From positions 1 to 32,957 of the IMG/VR virus record IMGVR_UViG_3300017913_001570: a stretch of DNA of 32,957 nt; one strand, given 5' to 3'. The notes beneath the pieces were generated by a model. The model was not told where the DNA came from. It saw only the letters and a program-made list of their open reading frames with translations, and did no database searches. Source of the DNA: a virus (taxonomy: Duplodnaviria; Caudoviricetes). Position 1 is the first letter of the stretch; every line of letters begins with the position of its first letter. Shown one piece after another: positions 15,759-25,202 of the stretch. Both the position numbers and the translations under genes were made by a program.

Positions 15759-16663
15759 TACCAACAACCTATAGAAAATTTTATGGTGATGAAACTAGGT
15801 GGTTTGTCGGAACTGTTCTTGATATCAATGATCCTGAGCAGTTGGGTCGTGTTAAAGTCAGAATTTATGGCGTGCATCCTGATAACCCAAAAGAAGCAGG
15901 ACTTGGTGACCTACCATGGGCACCAGTTGTTGTCAGCCCATTAGAGGGTGGTAGTTCAGGTATTGGTGCCAATACAGGTATTAAACCTAGAGCACAAGTG
16001 TTTGGGATATTCCTTGACGGTAAAAACTCACAGTTACCTATGGTTATTGGTTCCATACCAAAATATGAAACACAAAGTGCTAGAAACCGAAGGCCTGTTG
16101 ATGACGATGAAACAAATGTGACGACTGAAAATAGAATACCACCTCCACAAAAACCTTTAACAACTCCAGCAATTGATGGTGAGAAACTCAGAGGTGACAC
16201 AAATGTGGAAAAGGCATTTAACTTCTTTATCAGTCCAGAAGGTGGTGGTTTCAGTCCAGAACAAACTTGCGGTATATTAGGTAACTTTGCTGTTGAAAAT
16301 GGAATCATGCTTAGAAATGATAGGGACTTTGATCCAACAATCACTGCCCTTGAAAAGGATGGTACTCGTGCATTTGGTTTGGCTCAGTGGAATGAAGCAG
16401 CAAGAGCAGGAAACCGTCTTGGTGAACTGATTAAATTCTCTCAAGAGAACGGGTACGACCATAGAACAATGTATGCACAATTATCGTTTACAAAGTATGA
16501 GTTATACAAGTATCCATATCTTGGACTTGCTGATCTAATAGAAACAGAAAGATTAAGAGATGCAACTGTAGTGTTTGAGAAAAAATATGAACGTCCAGCT
16601 GCTGGTTCCACAGAGAACCGAGTAACAGAGGCTCGTAAAATTTACCAAGAGATTGTATCATGA
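15755..16663 (+). CDS. gp5: gp5 N-terminal OB-fold fused to a phage tail lysozyme (Phage_lysozyme2-like) domain
   Basis: WFVGTV.DINDPEQLGRVKVRIYGVH...DLPWA...VFGIFLDG; then GILGNFAVEN, AFGLAQWN, QLSF..YEL, FEKKYERP. Confidence 0.85.
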   Translation: MIPTTYRKFYGDETRWFVGTVLDINDPEQLGRVKVRIYGVHPDNPKEAGLGDLPWAPVVVSPLEGGSSGIGANTGIKPRAQVFGIFLDGKNSQLPMVIGSIPKYETQSARNRRPVDDDETNVTTENRIPPPQKPLTTPAIDGEKLRGDTNVEKAFNFFISPEGGGFSPEQTCGILGNFAVENGIMLRNDRDFDPTITALEKDGTRAFGLAQWNEAARAGNRLGELIKFSQENGYDHRTMYAQLSFTKYELYKYPYLGLADLIETERLRDATVVFEKKYERPAAGSTENRVTEARKIYQEIVS

Positions 16664-18522
16664 CCACAGGTACCGTAAACAAACAACTTATTCAAAATAA
16701 AGTAAAAGAAATATCACTAGCGGCCGAAGAGTTTGCAGAGGCCCAAAAAGCACTCATTGAACAAAGAATATCTACAGAAGGTAGTACAATATCACTTAAG
16801 GTTGGTGACGAAGCCTCTGGTTTTAAGTCTATTACGGCTAAGGTTGGTAAGGATCCAGTTACCGACGGTCCTGTTATGTCGGTAATGACAAACAACATAC
16901 CTGGAGTTGACATATCAAAGAACCTTACATCAACATCTGACGTGACAGCAATTACAGGTAAAGTCGCATCCTCTGGTGTGCTAGATGAGGTTGTCATACA
17001 AGCAAATCCAAAAGCCATGAACAGCGCACTAACCGAAGTTGCTGGTGTAGCCAAAAACAAAGTAGCGGATATTGTGTCTGCAGCATCACCAATTAAAGAC
17101 AAAATCAAAGATGCAATTAATATTGAACAGACTGGTGGGTTTTCAAAAGAAGCAGGAAATAAGGCAAAGGATGCATCACGCAAAGTTAGTATAGAGTTAG
17201 GTAATCCTTTCGGTAGTGATAATCAATTTGGTTCCATTATGTCCGGTATGAGTAACTCATTGCCAAACCTTGTTTCTTTAGCATTCGGCCAAGGCGGATT
17301 TAAATCACCAACAGTTGATACAAACTTTGTTCCAACAGGTACTCAATTACTTAATAATAGAAATATTAAAGTAACACCACCTCCTATTGTGTCATCTAAC
17401 GGTATATCAAATCTATCTAATGCACTGACTAAATCAGCTGGTGGTAATCCAGATTGGAAAAAGAAGATAGAAGATGATGTGTTTAAAATCGGCCAAGATG
17501 ATGCTAAGTGGCAAGGGTGGAACTCTAGAGGCATAAGACGAGGCGGTTCATATTATTTCAGACCAATGGCCACGTATGATCATATTGAAGCCGAACTAAG
17601 ACACGCTGCAAAGAACCGAGAAATAACTACTCTAATTTTAGGTTGGACTGGTTTTGGTAATAACATGGATTTGTATGGAGTTGATTTTATCCATGAGCAG
17701 GTTAAGAAAAAAGATGTTGAAAAGTATGGGGCTGATGTAGTAAATGCTAGTCCATTCGATTATGGATTTAATGTACACGCATATCTTCACCAAAGTGGAT
17801 TAACCGTTAAATGTGTACCAATGTCACGAAGAGTTTTTTCAAAGAAGAATCCCAAGTTGCAACCGCTGTTTGATAACTGTATAGCGGTAATGATTAATGC
17901 AGGAGCCAATGTCCCACAGAAAGAAGTAAGGAAAGGTGATACAACTCAACTAAGTGCTGATACTATTACACCACGTCAGTGGGAAGTTATTGATGAGTTC
18001 ATCAGAGCATTTATAAAAGTATTTCCTGGTGGTGAAATTATTGGCCAGCGAGATTTTAACAGCGAGAAAATAGGACCTGGGTTTGATGTAAGAGCATATG
18101 TAGCAAGAAAGTTTACAAAAGACTCTACGTTTACCGAAGAAAAAATCGAGTCAATACCTAGTGCATCTGAACTTGCTGATAGAGAACCTGCTACTATTGT
18201 ACAACCACAGGTATCCCATAATAAAACACCAAACATTAATGCTACTGTGAAGAGTGCAACGGCTAGTAAAGTAGATCTAACATCCGTTGCAAGTACATTC
18301 CAAGCAGACAATAGAAGTGTTACTGACTTGATCAGACAGAAAACACAAGATGCAGAGAGCATATTAAATACTACAGGGTCTGGTATCACAAATGCCTCAA
18401 CGGCAAACCTTGATACATTGGCCGATAATAAACTAACACAGAACTTGACAAATAAATTTGAGGCTGTCAAACAAGGATTAAAATTTGACAAAATCAAGCA
18501 AGCATTTACGAGGCAATACTAA
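16660..18522 (+). CDS. Baseplate-associated protein with a degenerate Amidase_2 (T7 lysozyme/PGRP-like) domain
   Basis: ITTLILGWT...HAYLHQSG...TPRQW...FPGGEIIGQRDF...PGFDV pattern at about 17617-18114. Confidence 0.55.
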   Translation: MTTGTVNKQLIQNKVKEISLAAEEFAEAQKALIEQRISTEGSTISLKVGDEASGFKSITAKVGKDPVTDGPVMSVMTNNIPGVDISKNLTSTSDVTAITGKVASSGVLDEVVIQANPKAMNSALTEVAGVAKNKVADIVSAASPIKDKIKDAINIEQTGGFSKEAGNKAKDASRKVSIELGNPFGSDNQFGSIMSGMSNSLPNLVSLAFGQGGFKSPTVDTNFVPTGTQLLNNRNIKVTPPPIVSSNGISNLSNALTKSAGGNPDWKKKIEDDVFKIGQDDAKWQGWNSRGIRRGGSYYFRPMATYDHIEAELRHAAKNREITTLILGWTGFGNNMDLYGVDFIHEQVKKKDVEKYGADVVNASPFDYGFNVHAYLHQSGLTVKCVPMSRRVFSKKNPKLQPLFDNCIAVMINAGANVPQKEVRKGDTTQLSADTITPRQWEVIDEFIRAFIKVFPGGEIIGQRDFNSEKIGPGFDVRAYVARKFTKDSTFTEEKIESIPSASELADREPATIVQPQVSHNKTPNINATVKSATASKVDLTSVASTFQADNRSVTDLIRQKTQDAESILNTTGSGITNASTANLDTLADNKLTQNLTNKFEAVKQGLKFDKIKQAFTRQY

Positions 18523-20552
18523 TGTCCGAAGTTGACGCAGAAGATGCATTTGATGAATTTGGAGATGAAGGCAAAGACGGTTATAAAGACCCTGCTGGTA
18601 ATTTCCCCAAACGTGAATACATTAATGTAGCATCAACCAACCTAGCGGCTCGTGGTCTGAAAAGAAATGAGCTGTATATCGGTGGTGGTGATGTTGACAT
18701 GAACCTTGACCTAAGAACAAATGGGTTGTCTCAGTATCCACTGAATCAGGTACGTGAAACTGTCTCTGGACACGTAACAGAGATTGACGATACACCAGGA
18801 TCAGAGAGGATTCTCTATAAACACAGGACCGGAGCAGGTGTAGAGATGAGACCAGATGGGACAGTCATTGTTTCATCTCGGTACAATACAATTCAGATTA
18901 CAGGTAATGATCACAAAGTAATTGTGGAAGGTGATGGTGATATTCACTACAACGGTAACCTAAGACTTCATGTATCTGGTAATATGGATGTAGAGGTCGG
19001 TGGTGATTATAATCTGAGAGTACATGGTGATAAACGTGAGGACATCCGTGGCGGCGTAGAACAGAAAGTTGTTGAAAACCATGAAACAAGAATCACGGGT
19101 AACAAGTCATCTTACGTTTTGGGGACAAGCAGTGATATTGTCCTTGGTGATAATAATAGCATGGTAAAAGGTAACAACACTGAGCGTGTGCAAGGTAAAC
19201 AGGCTCAGTATGTTGGTGACGATATTATCATGACTGCACCAAACGACATCAACCTTACCTCTAAGAGTATCAACATTGCCGCTGAGGATCTGTCTGCTAT
19301 ATCAACTACAGGTATTATCGGTGGGGACAATGTAATTTATTATGCTAAAAATTACTATGGCACATCTGCGACATTTACCGCCGGCGTTACTGCACCAACA
19401 TTTACTGGTGATTTGACGGGTAAAGCCGATGATGCAAATCAGGCAGACTTTGCAACAACCGCAGGTCAGGCACCTCTTGGTCCTGCTGGTTCTCCTGGAT
19501 CAAATACAAATGTAGCAACTGACACTACGGTCCGAACAGCGGGTGGTAGTTCTATAAATGCCCCAGGTCCAACATCCGCAATTATGAGTCAATATCTAAA
19601 TCAGTCTGACCTTGGTATCCGTAATGTCAAGATTGATCAGGGTGATGCCATCCGTGATGCTATTAACAAGTCTACGGACTATGGTGGTATATCAAAAGTT
19701 GGTCTGGCAACACAGACAGTACGGTCAAAGTTAAGAGATCCAAATACGGCTCGTAATGCAGACTTTGTTGGTCGTGCAGTTGCAGAAGGTATTCTATCTG
19801 CTTCTTATGTCATGCAGAAACCAGAGAACTTTGAAATCGGTCGTGTATTTAATGCTACAGGTACCGCTAAGTTTCCACGTGGTAAAACACTCGGTAATAT
19901 AAATGTTCAACCCGAACGGATATCAAGTGAAGCAAATATCATTACAGAGCAAACTCTGATACCGAATCAGTTATACAATCCAGAACTACAGTTGAGACAG
20001 TACGGATCAATAACAGGTAAAACAAAACTTGCCCGTGGTATTACACTGTCAAAGTTTTTGGGTGGATATGCAGACCCTATCACACTTGAACATATCACAG
20101 ATGACATTGAACGGCTGAAGATTGCACGTAATCTATATGTACATGCAAACTTTATGGAAGCATGTAATGAGTTTCTTGATAAATCAAATAAACATCGTCT
20201 GATTGTGGCTGAAGGTGTCTATAAAAAAGATGATGGTGAAACACTAGATGTTGACGGATTAAACTTCCTGGCATCACGTGGTCAGGTGGTTGTTTACGAA
20301 TTAAGAGATTTAACAGGGCAGATTGACCTAGAAAAGACTTTTGACTTAGCAATTTATATCAAAGACTACTTGAACGTTGATAAACTAATTGTTGACTATG
20401 ATTCATATAATGCGGACGGATCACTTAACTGTCAGCTTGTAGTTCAGATGCCACCTTGTGGGGCAACATGGGAACTTCGATATAGAAACATACTTGAAAC
20501 AAGGTTCAATAACTATACACAAGCCAACGGCGAACTTGTAGAAATTATATAA
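18522..20552 (+). CDS. gp5: gp5 C-terminal part (beta-helix needle) with a C-terminal degenerate peptidase M15-like domain
   Basis: YPLNQVRETVSGHVTEIDDTPGSERI...HRTG..VEMRPDG followed by V-x-G 8-residue repeats. Confidence 0.8.
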   Translation: MSEVDAEDAFDEFGDEGKDGYKDPAGNFPKREYINVASTNLAARGLKRNELYIGGGDVDMNLDLRTNGLSQYPLNQVRETVSGHVTEIDDTPGSERILYKHRTGAGVEMRPDGTVIVSSRYNTIQITGNDHKVIVEGDGDIHYNGNLRLHVSGNMDVEVGGDYNLRVHGDKREDIRGGVEQKVVENHETRITGNKSSYVLGTSSDIVLGDNNSMVKGNNTERVQGKQAQYVGDDIIMTAPNDINLTSKSINIAAEDLSAISTTGIIGGDNVIYYAKNYYGTSATFTAGVTAPTFTGDLTGKADDANQADFATTAGQAPLGPAGSPGSNTNVATDTTVRTAGGSSINAPGPTSAIMSQYLNQSDLGIRNVKIDQGDAIRDAINKSTDYGGISKVGLATQTVRSKLRDPNTARNADFVGRAVAEGILSASYVMQKPENFEIGRVFNATGTAKFPRGKTLGNINVQPERISSEANIITEQTLIPNQLYNPELQLRQYGSITGKTKLARGITLSKFLGGYADPITLEHITDDIERLKIARNLYVHANFMEACNEFLDKSNKHRLIVAEGVYKKDDGETLDVDGLNFLASRGQVVVYELRDLTGQIDLEKTFDLAIYIKDYLNVDKLIVDYDSYNADGSLNCQLVVQMPPCGATWELRYRNILETRFNNYTQANGELVEII

Positions 20553-20555
20553 ATA
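20548..20555 (+). promoter_or_regulatory. T4-type late promoter
   Basis: TATAAATA overlapping the upstream stop codon, ahead of gp25. Confidence 0.75.
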
Positions 20556-20578
20556 GGATTAACTAATTAGAGGTTTTT

Positions 20579-21016
20579 ATGGCTAGAGCATATTCTATAG
20601 AAGACGCCAATCTTAGTAAATCTATCATCAGTTCTAGGACTGTAGATTTTACTGATATTGACTTGACCTTCTCACATAAGCCTTCGGGTGATATTTACAA
20701 GAAAATAGATGCTGCGGCCGTAAAACAGTCTGTAAAGAATCTACTGTTGACTACCAAAGGTGAAAAACCTTTTCAGCCTAACTTTGGCTCAAACCTCAAT
20801 AGTGCTCTGTTTGATTTGGATACTGAATATGACCCAGAGTATATTTCTGACATTATGGCAGAAGCAATAGAAAATTATGAACCAAGGGCTAGAGTGTTAT
20901 CCATTTCAGTCCAAAACAAACCAGAAAACAATTCACTAGATGCAAGTATTACGTTTCAGGTTACAAACACTCAGGAAACAGTAAGCATAGATATATCACT
21001 AGCGAGGCTTAGATAA
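20579..21016 (+). CDS. gp25: Baseplate wedge subunit, T4 gp25-like
   Basis: DIDLTF, AVKQSVKNLLLT..GEKPFQPNFGS, IENYEPRA. Confidence 0.93.
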   Translation: MARAYSIEDANLSKSIISSRTVDFTDIDLTFSHKPSGDIYKKIDAAAVKQSVKNLLLTTKGEKPFQPNFGSNLNSALFDLDTEYDPEYISDIMAEAIENYEPRARVLSISVQNKPENNSLDASITFQVTNTQETVSIDISLARLR

Positions 21017-22855
21017 ATGACCGCTACAGTTATTAAATCATCGGATCTTGATTTCGAGAATATCAAGCAATCCCTTAAAAATTATTTTAAACAGCAGAGT
21101 CAATTTGCTGACTATGATTTTGAGGCATCAGGTCTGAACAACATCTTGGATGTTCTAGCATATAATACACACGTGAACGGCCTTACTGCTAACTTTGCAA
21201 TCAATGAATCATTCTTGAATACAGCTCAACTTCGGTCCTCTGTTGTATCACATGCAGAGACACTGGGGTATGAGGTTCGGTCCATGACCACAGCCAAGGC
21301 TATCGTTAACCTAAGTGTTAACCTAGCGGGTGTGTCAGGTCGTCCACCTCAAATCCAATTACCGTCGGGTTGGACATTTACATCATCTATTGACAACGTG
21401 TCATATACATTCCGTACACTTGAAACATACTTTGCTCGTGATGATGGTACTGGTAACTATGAGTTCAAAACATCACTAGGTGCTACGGATATTCCAATTT
21501 TTGAGGGTATTGAAAAGACAAAGACATTCTATGTTGGCGAAAAGAGTGAACGGCAAATCTTTGTAATGCCAGATGAAACTATTGATACAGCAACAGCTAG
21601 TGTTCTTGTATATGATACTGCCACTGCAACAAACTACGTCACATACACACCATTGAAAAAAGCGGTAACCATTGACAAAGACACCACGGTATACACTATC
21701 CGTGAGGCTCCAAATGGATACTATGAATTGAACTTTGGTGACGGTGTATCATTCGGTAAGAAGCCAGACCCAGGTAATAAGGTTGTGGTAACATATTTGT
21801 CCACAAAAGGTCCAGCTGCAAATAACGGAACAACTTTCTCATCAAACAGCGATATCACTGTTCTTGGTCTTGACTATCCAGTAGTTGTTACAACTACAAC
21901 AGAGTCTACTGGTGGTTCCATTAAACAGTCTATCGAAAGCATCAGACAACTTGCTCCTATTGCATATGCAGCACAACAGAGACTTGTTACAGCTATCGAC
22001 TACAAAGGTATTATCCTCAGTAACTTTACTGACGTGACCGACTGTAACGTATGGTCCGGTGACCAAAACGTGCCACTTGACTACGGTGCTGTTTATGTGT
22101 CACTAAACTTCCCTGCAAACACAGCGGCATCCGTGAAAACAAAAGTAAAGGCCGATATTGTAAGCAACTTTACAAATAACTTGTCCGTTGTATCAATGAC
22201 AACTAAGTTTGTTGATCCGACAGATATGTTCTTGGAACTGAATGTAGGGTTTAACTTTGACCCTGCACTTACAGGTTTCACACTTGCTGCAACAGAGAGT
22301 TCGGTTTATAACTTTATTCTAAAATACTTCACAGATAACCTTAACAAGTTTGACAAGATATTCCGTCGCAGTAACCTACTGACAGAAATCGATGCTATTG
22401 ATACAGCTATCTTGTCAAGTAAATGTGACGTGAAGGTACAACTTCGGTTCGAACCTACTATTGGTAAAACACGCACGTTTGAACTTCAATTCCCTATGGC
22501 ACTTGAAGGCCCTGATGATATCAGTCACATTGTTACATCATCGGTCTTTGAATACCAGAATGCAATCTGTAATATCAAGAACAAGTTGAACTCTACAACA
22601 CTTCAGGTTGTTGACATTGACGGTAATGTTCTTCTTGATAATGTAGGTGAATATGTGCCAGCAAAGGGTGAGGTTAAAATTGTAGGGTTTGCCCCACAAA
22701 CATTTATCGGTGGTAATCAATTCATTAAAATTTCTGCAAAACCACTGAATCCTTCGGTTATCAAACCGCTTCGGAACTATGTTATCCGTATTGATGCCGA
22801 TGAATCGTTTACAACTGCTACACTAGATAGACAGAATACATCATTAACGGTATAA
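21017..22855 (+). CDS. gp6: Baseplate wedge subunit, T4 gp6-like
   Basis: LDFENIKQSLK, DYDFEASGL..ILDVLAYNTH, NESFLNTAQLRSSVVSHA..LGY, FGDG, QQRLVTAIDY. Confidence 0.95.
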   Translation: MTATVIKSSDLDFENIKQSLKNYFKQQSQFADYDFEASGLNNILDVLAYNTHVNGLTANFAINESFLNTAQLRSSVVSHAETLGYEVRSMTTAKAIVNLSVNLAGVSGRPPQIQLPSGWTFTSSIDNVSYTFRTLETYFARDDGTGNYEFKTSLGATDIPIFEGIEKTKTFYVGEKSERQIFVMPDETIDTATASVLVYDTATATNYVTYTPLKKAVTIDKDTTVYTIREAPNGYYELNFGDGVSFGKKPDPGNKVVVTYLSTKGPAANNGTTFSSNSDITVLGLDYPVVVTTTTESTGGSIKQSIESIRQLAPIAYAAQQRLVTAIDYKGIILSNFTDVTDCNVWSGDQNVPLDYGAVYVSLNFPANTAASVKTKVKADIVSNFTNNLSVVSMTTKFVDPTDMFLELNVGFNFDPALTGFTLAATESSVYNFILKYFTDNLNKFDKIFRRSNLLTEIDAIDTAILSSKCDVKVQLRFEPTIGKTRTFELQFPMALEGPDDISHIVTSSVFEYQNAICNIKNKLNSTTLQVVDIDGNVLLDNVGEYVPAKGEVKIVGFAPQTFIGGNQFIKISAKPLNPSVIKPLRNYVIRIDADESFTTATLDRQNTSLTV

Positions 22856-22859
22856 AAAT

Positions 22860-23909
22860 ATGGCTCATACAGGTTTTGCACAAACAGTAAGGCACTACAA
22901 CCGACACGATATTAACTTTAATAAAAGTATTGTGTCTGAAGTTCTGCCTGAAAATTTTAGAGCAGACTATCCAAATCTGATTCAGTTTCTAGAAGCATAT
23001 TTTGAGCATCTAGACAGTGCAGATAACTTCGGTGGTGTTATCGAAGAACTGCAGACAATCAGAGATATTGAAGATGCAAAACTAGAATATCTTGACCTGT
23101 TGTTTGATGAAATAGGTCTAGGTGTTTCACAGGCTACATTTACAACACCTAGAGAGGTTATCAGAAACTTTGGTAACTTCTTTAGAGTTAAAGGATCCGA
23201 ATACTCTATCCATGGGTTTTTCAGAGCATTCTTTAACGAAGAGGTAGAGATTATCCACCCTAAGGATAGTCTATTCATTGTTGGTTCATCAACGGTTGGT
23301 ACTGAAGATGCAAAGAAATTACAAGATGGTAAACTGTATCAGGTATTCTCTACACTGATTAAAGGCCCCATCCCTTTACTTGATTGGGCCGAAACATATA
23401 GACGTTTTGTACACCCTGCAGGATTTTATCTTGGTGCTGCGGTTGTTATTGAATCGGAACCTAAGGTTTCAATAGGCACTGGTACATCAATACCAGATAT
23501 CAATCCAGATATAAATGTATTCAGTACCGCTAAATTTACATTGATACCAGAAGGCGAAGTGATTGGTGCACTTTCTGGACCGTCTTCACTTGCTGGTCTA
23601 TATGATGGTGATGATTCAGATAGAATTAATCCAGATGCAAACATCTATGCGGCACAGGGTTACTATACACCTGGTTATGTGGCCGATAGTGCAAACTTTG
23701 CTTTACGTGACCGCTATAGCTTATATAGAAATCTTAATGATTATAAGACACTTACAATCACAGATGTGGAAAAATATTACAGCAGTCTGTACGAATGGGC
23801 TGGATTCTATCAGTCGTTCGATGATTATGCCGATTCTGCTAATGCTTCTGCAATTAGGTTCTCATCCACGTTCGATGACTTTAGTGCAAGGGTATATTTT
23901 AGAAAGTGA
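22860..23909 (+). CDS. gp7: Baseplate wedge initiator, gp7-like (short form)
   Basis: LPE.F..DYP..IQFLEAY, FFRVKGSEYS...FFRAFF, FVHPAGF; lies between gp6 and gp8. Confidence 0.75.
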   Translation: MAHTGFAQTVRHYNRHDINFNKSIVSEVLPENFRADYPNLIQFLEAYFEHLDSADNFGGVIEELQTIRDIEDAKLEYLDLLFDEIGLGVSQATFTTPREVIRNFGNFFRVKGSEYSIHGFFRAFFNEEVEIIHPKDSLFIVGSSTVGTEDAKKLQDGKLYQVFSTLIKGPIPLLDWAETYRRFVHPAGFYLGAAVVIESEPKVSIGTGTSIPDINPDINVFSTAKFTLIPEGEVIGALSGPSSLAGLYDGDDSDRINPDANIYAAQGYYTPGYVADSANFALRDRYSLYRNLNDYKTLTITDVEKYYSSLYEWAGFYQSFDDYADSANASAIRFSSTFDDFSARVYFRK

Positions 23910-23919
23910 CAATAACCTT

Positions 23920-23927
23920 TATAAATA
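23920..23927 (+). promoter_or_regulatory. T4-type late promoter
   Basis: Exact TATAAATA, intergenic. Confidence 0.8.
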
Positions 23928-23953
23928 GAGTTACTAGGTTTTAGGAATTAAAA

Positions 23954-25189
23954 ATGGCAAGACAAATTATTAATACAGGCACTGCCGGGAATGACGGCAC
24001 AGGTGATGACCTCCGGACCGGTGCAACCAAAATTAATGACAACTTCTCTGAAGTGTACGGCGATATCGCTGCGCTTCAGATACAAGTAGGTTCATCTGGT
24101 AGCCTAGACGGTATTGCATTCGACACACGAGCAATTGTCTTTGAAGGTGCGACTGATGATTCCAATGAGACTCGGTTACAGGTAGTTGATCCTACCTCTG
24201 ATAACACTATCACCTTGCCAGATAGTACAGGCACAGTTGCTCTCATTGATGATATCAAACGGTTGATTGATTCAGATTATATCTCGTTGCTTACAGGTAC
24301 CGCATTTGACTCTGGTTCTACATTAACCATTGTTCAGGCTAACTCAATTGATTCAGCCGATGCCATTGCAATTGTTGATTCTGCTTATGTTAATCTCAGA
24401 GTTGATACTCCTGATCTTACAGCACATGCCGGAAATATTGTACCAGCCGCAGATAGTACATATGATCTTGGTGATTCAAACTTGAAGTGGAGAGATTTGT
24501 ACTTAAGTGGTCAAACGATTCATCTTGCTGGTGAAAGACTTGGATTCGATGGAACAAACTTTACATTCTCACAGCCGGTTTCCTTAGGTGAAAATAACGT
24601 TTCCATAGATTCATCAAATGGTTTCTTTGTAGGTGGTGGATTTATTACAGGTCCTTGGAGAACAGGAAGTTATGCATCAAACAACGGTGGCGGGATGCTA
24701 CTTGGTGGTAATACTATCCAGCTTGCTACAGTTGATGAAGCCGTAACAGCAGAACTTCACACAAATCAAACAATATTTAATTTTGGATTTGACTCGACTG
24801 AGAATGTAGGAACTTTAGCGGTACCTACAGTGAATACTGCGGGTCTCACTTCAACTGCTGGACAAGCTTTATTTAGAGGTAAAGGTTCTATCTCATACCA
24901 TAAAGATTCGAATCGCTTTAACTTCTATGATGATCAAGGTTGGTTCTCAATTAAGAGAAACTTGATTGAAGCTTCAGATATTTCAACAACAGTTGATTCT
25001 GATTATGTTCAAGCACGTGCAGTTGAGCTTGACATGAGAAATTACACAGTGGCTACTGTCCCAACAGGGCAACATGGTAAGATGATATTTGTTACTGACG
25101 GAGCTTCAGGTGACCCATGTCTTGCCATATTTGACAGTGCCGCAGGTTCATATAAACGAATTGCTCTAGGCGCAGCCATTAGTACTTAA
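23954..25189 (+). CDS. Baseplate/fibre structural protein with T4 gp9/gp10-like N-terminus
   Basis: MARQIINTG..GNDGTGDDLRTG..KINDNFSEVY; fibre-type motif GNIVP..DSTYDLG....KWRDLYLS. Confidence 0.75.
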   Translation: MARQIINTGTAGNDGTGDDLRTGATKINDNFSEVYGDIAALQIQVGSSGSLDGIAFDTRAIVFEGATDDSNETRLQVVDPTSDNTITLPDSTGTVALIDDIKRLIDSDYISLLTGTAFDSGSTLTIVQANSIDSADAIAIVDSAYVNLRVDTPDLTAHAGNIVPAADSTYDLGDSNLKWRDLYLSGQTIHLAGERLGFDGTNFTFSQPVSLGENNVSIDSSNGFFVGGGFITGPWRTGSYASNNGGGMLLGGNTIQLATVDEAVTAELHTNQTIFNFGFDSTENVGTLAVPTVNTAGLTSTAGQALFRGKGSISYHKDSNRFNFYDDQGWFSIKRNLIEASDISTTVDSDYVQARAVELDMRNYTVATVPTGQHGKMIFVTDGASGDPCLAIFDSAAGSYKRIALGAAIST

Positions 25190-25202
25190 TAGGATATAGA
25201 AA

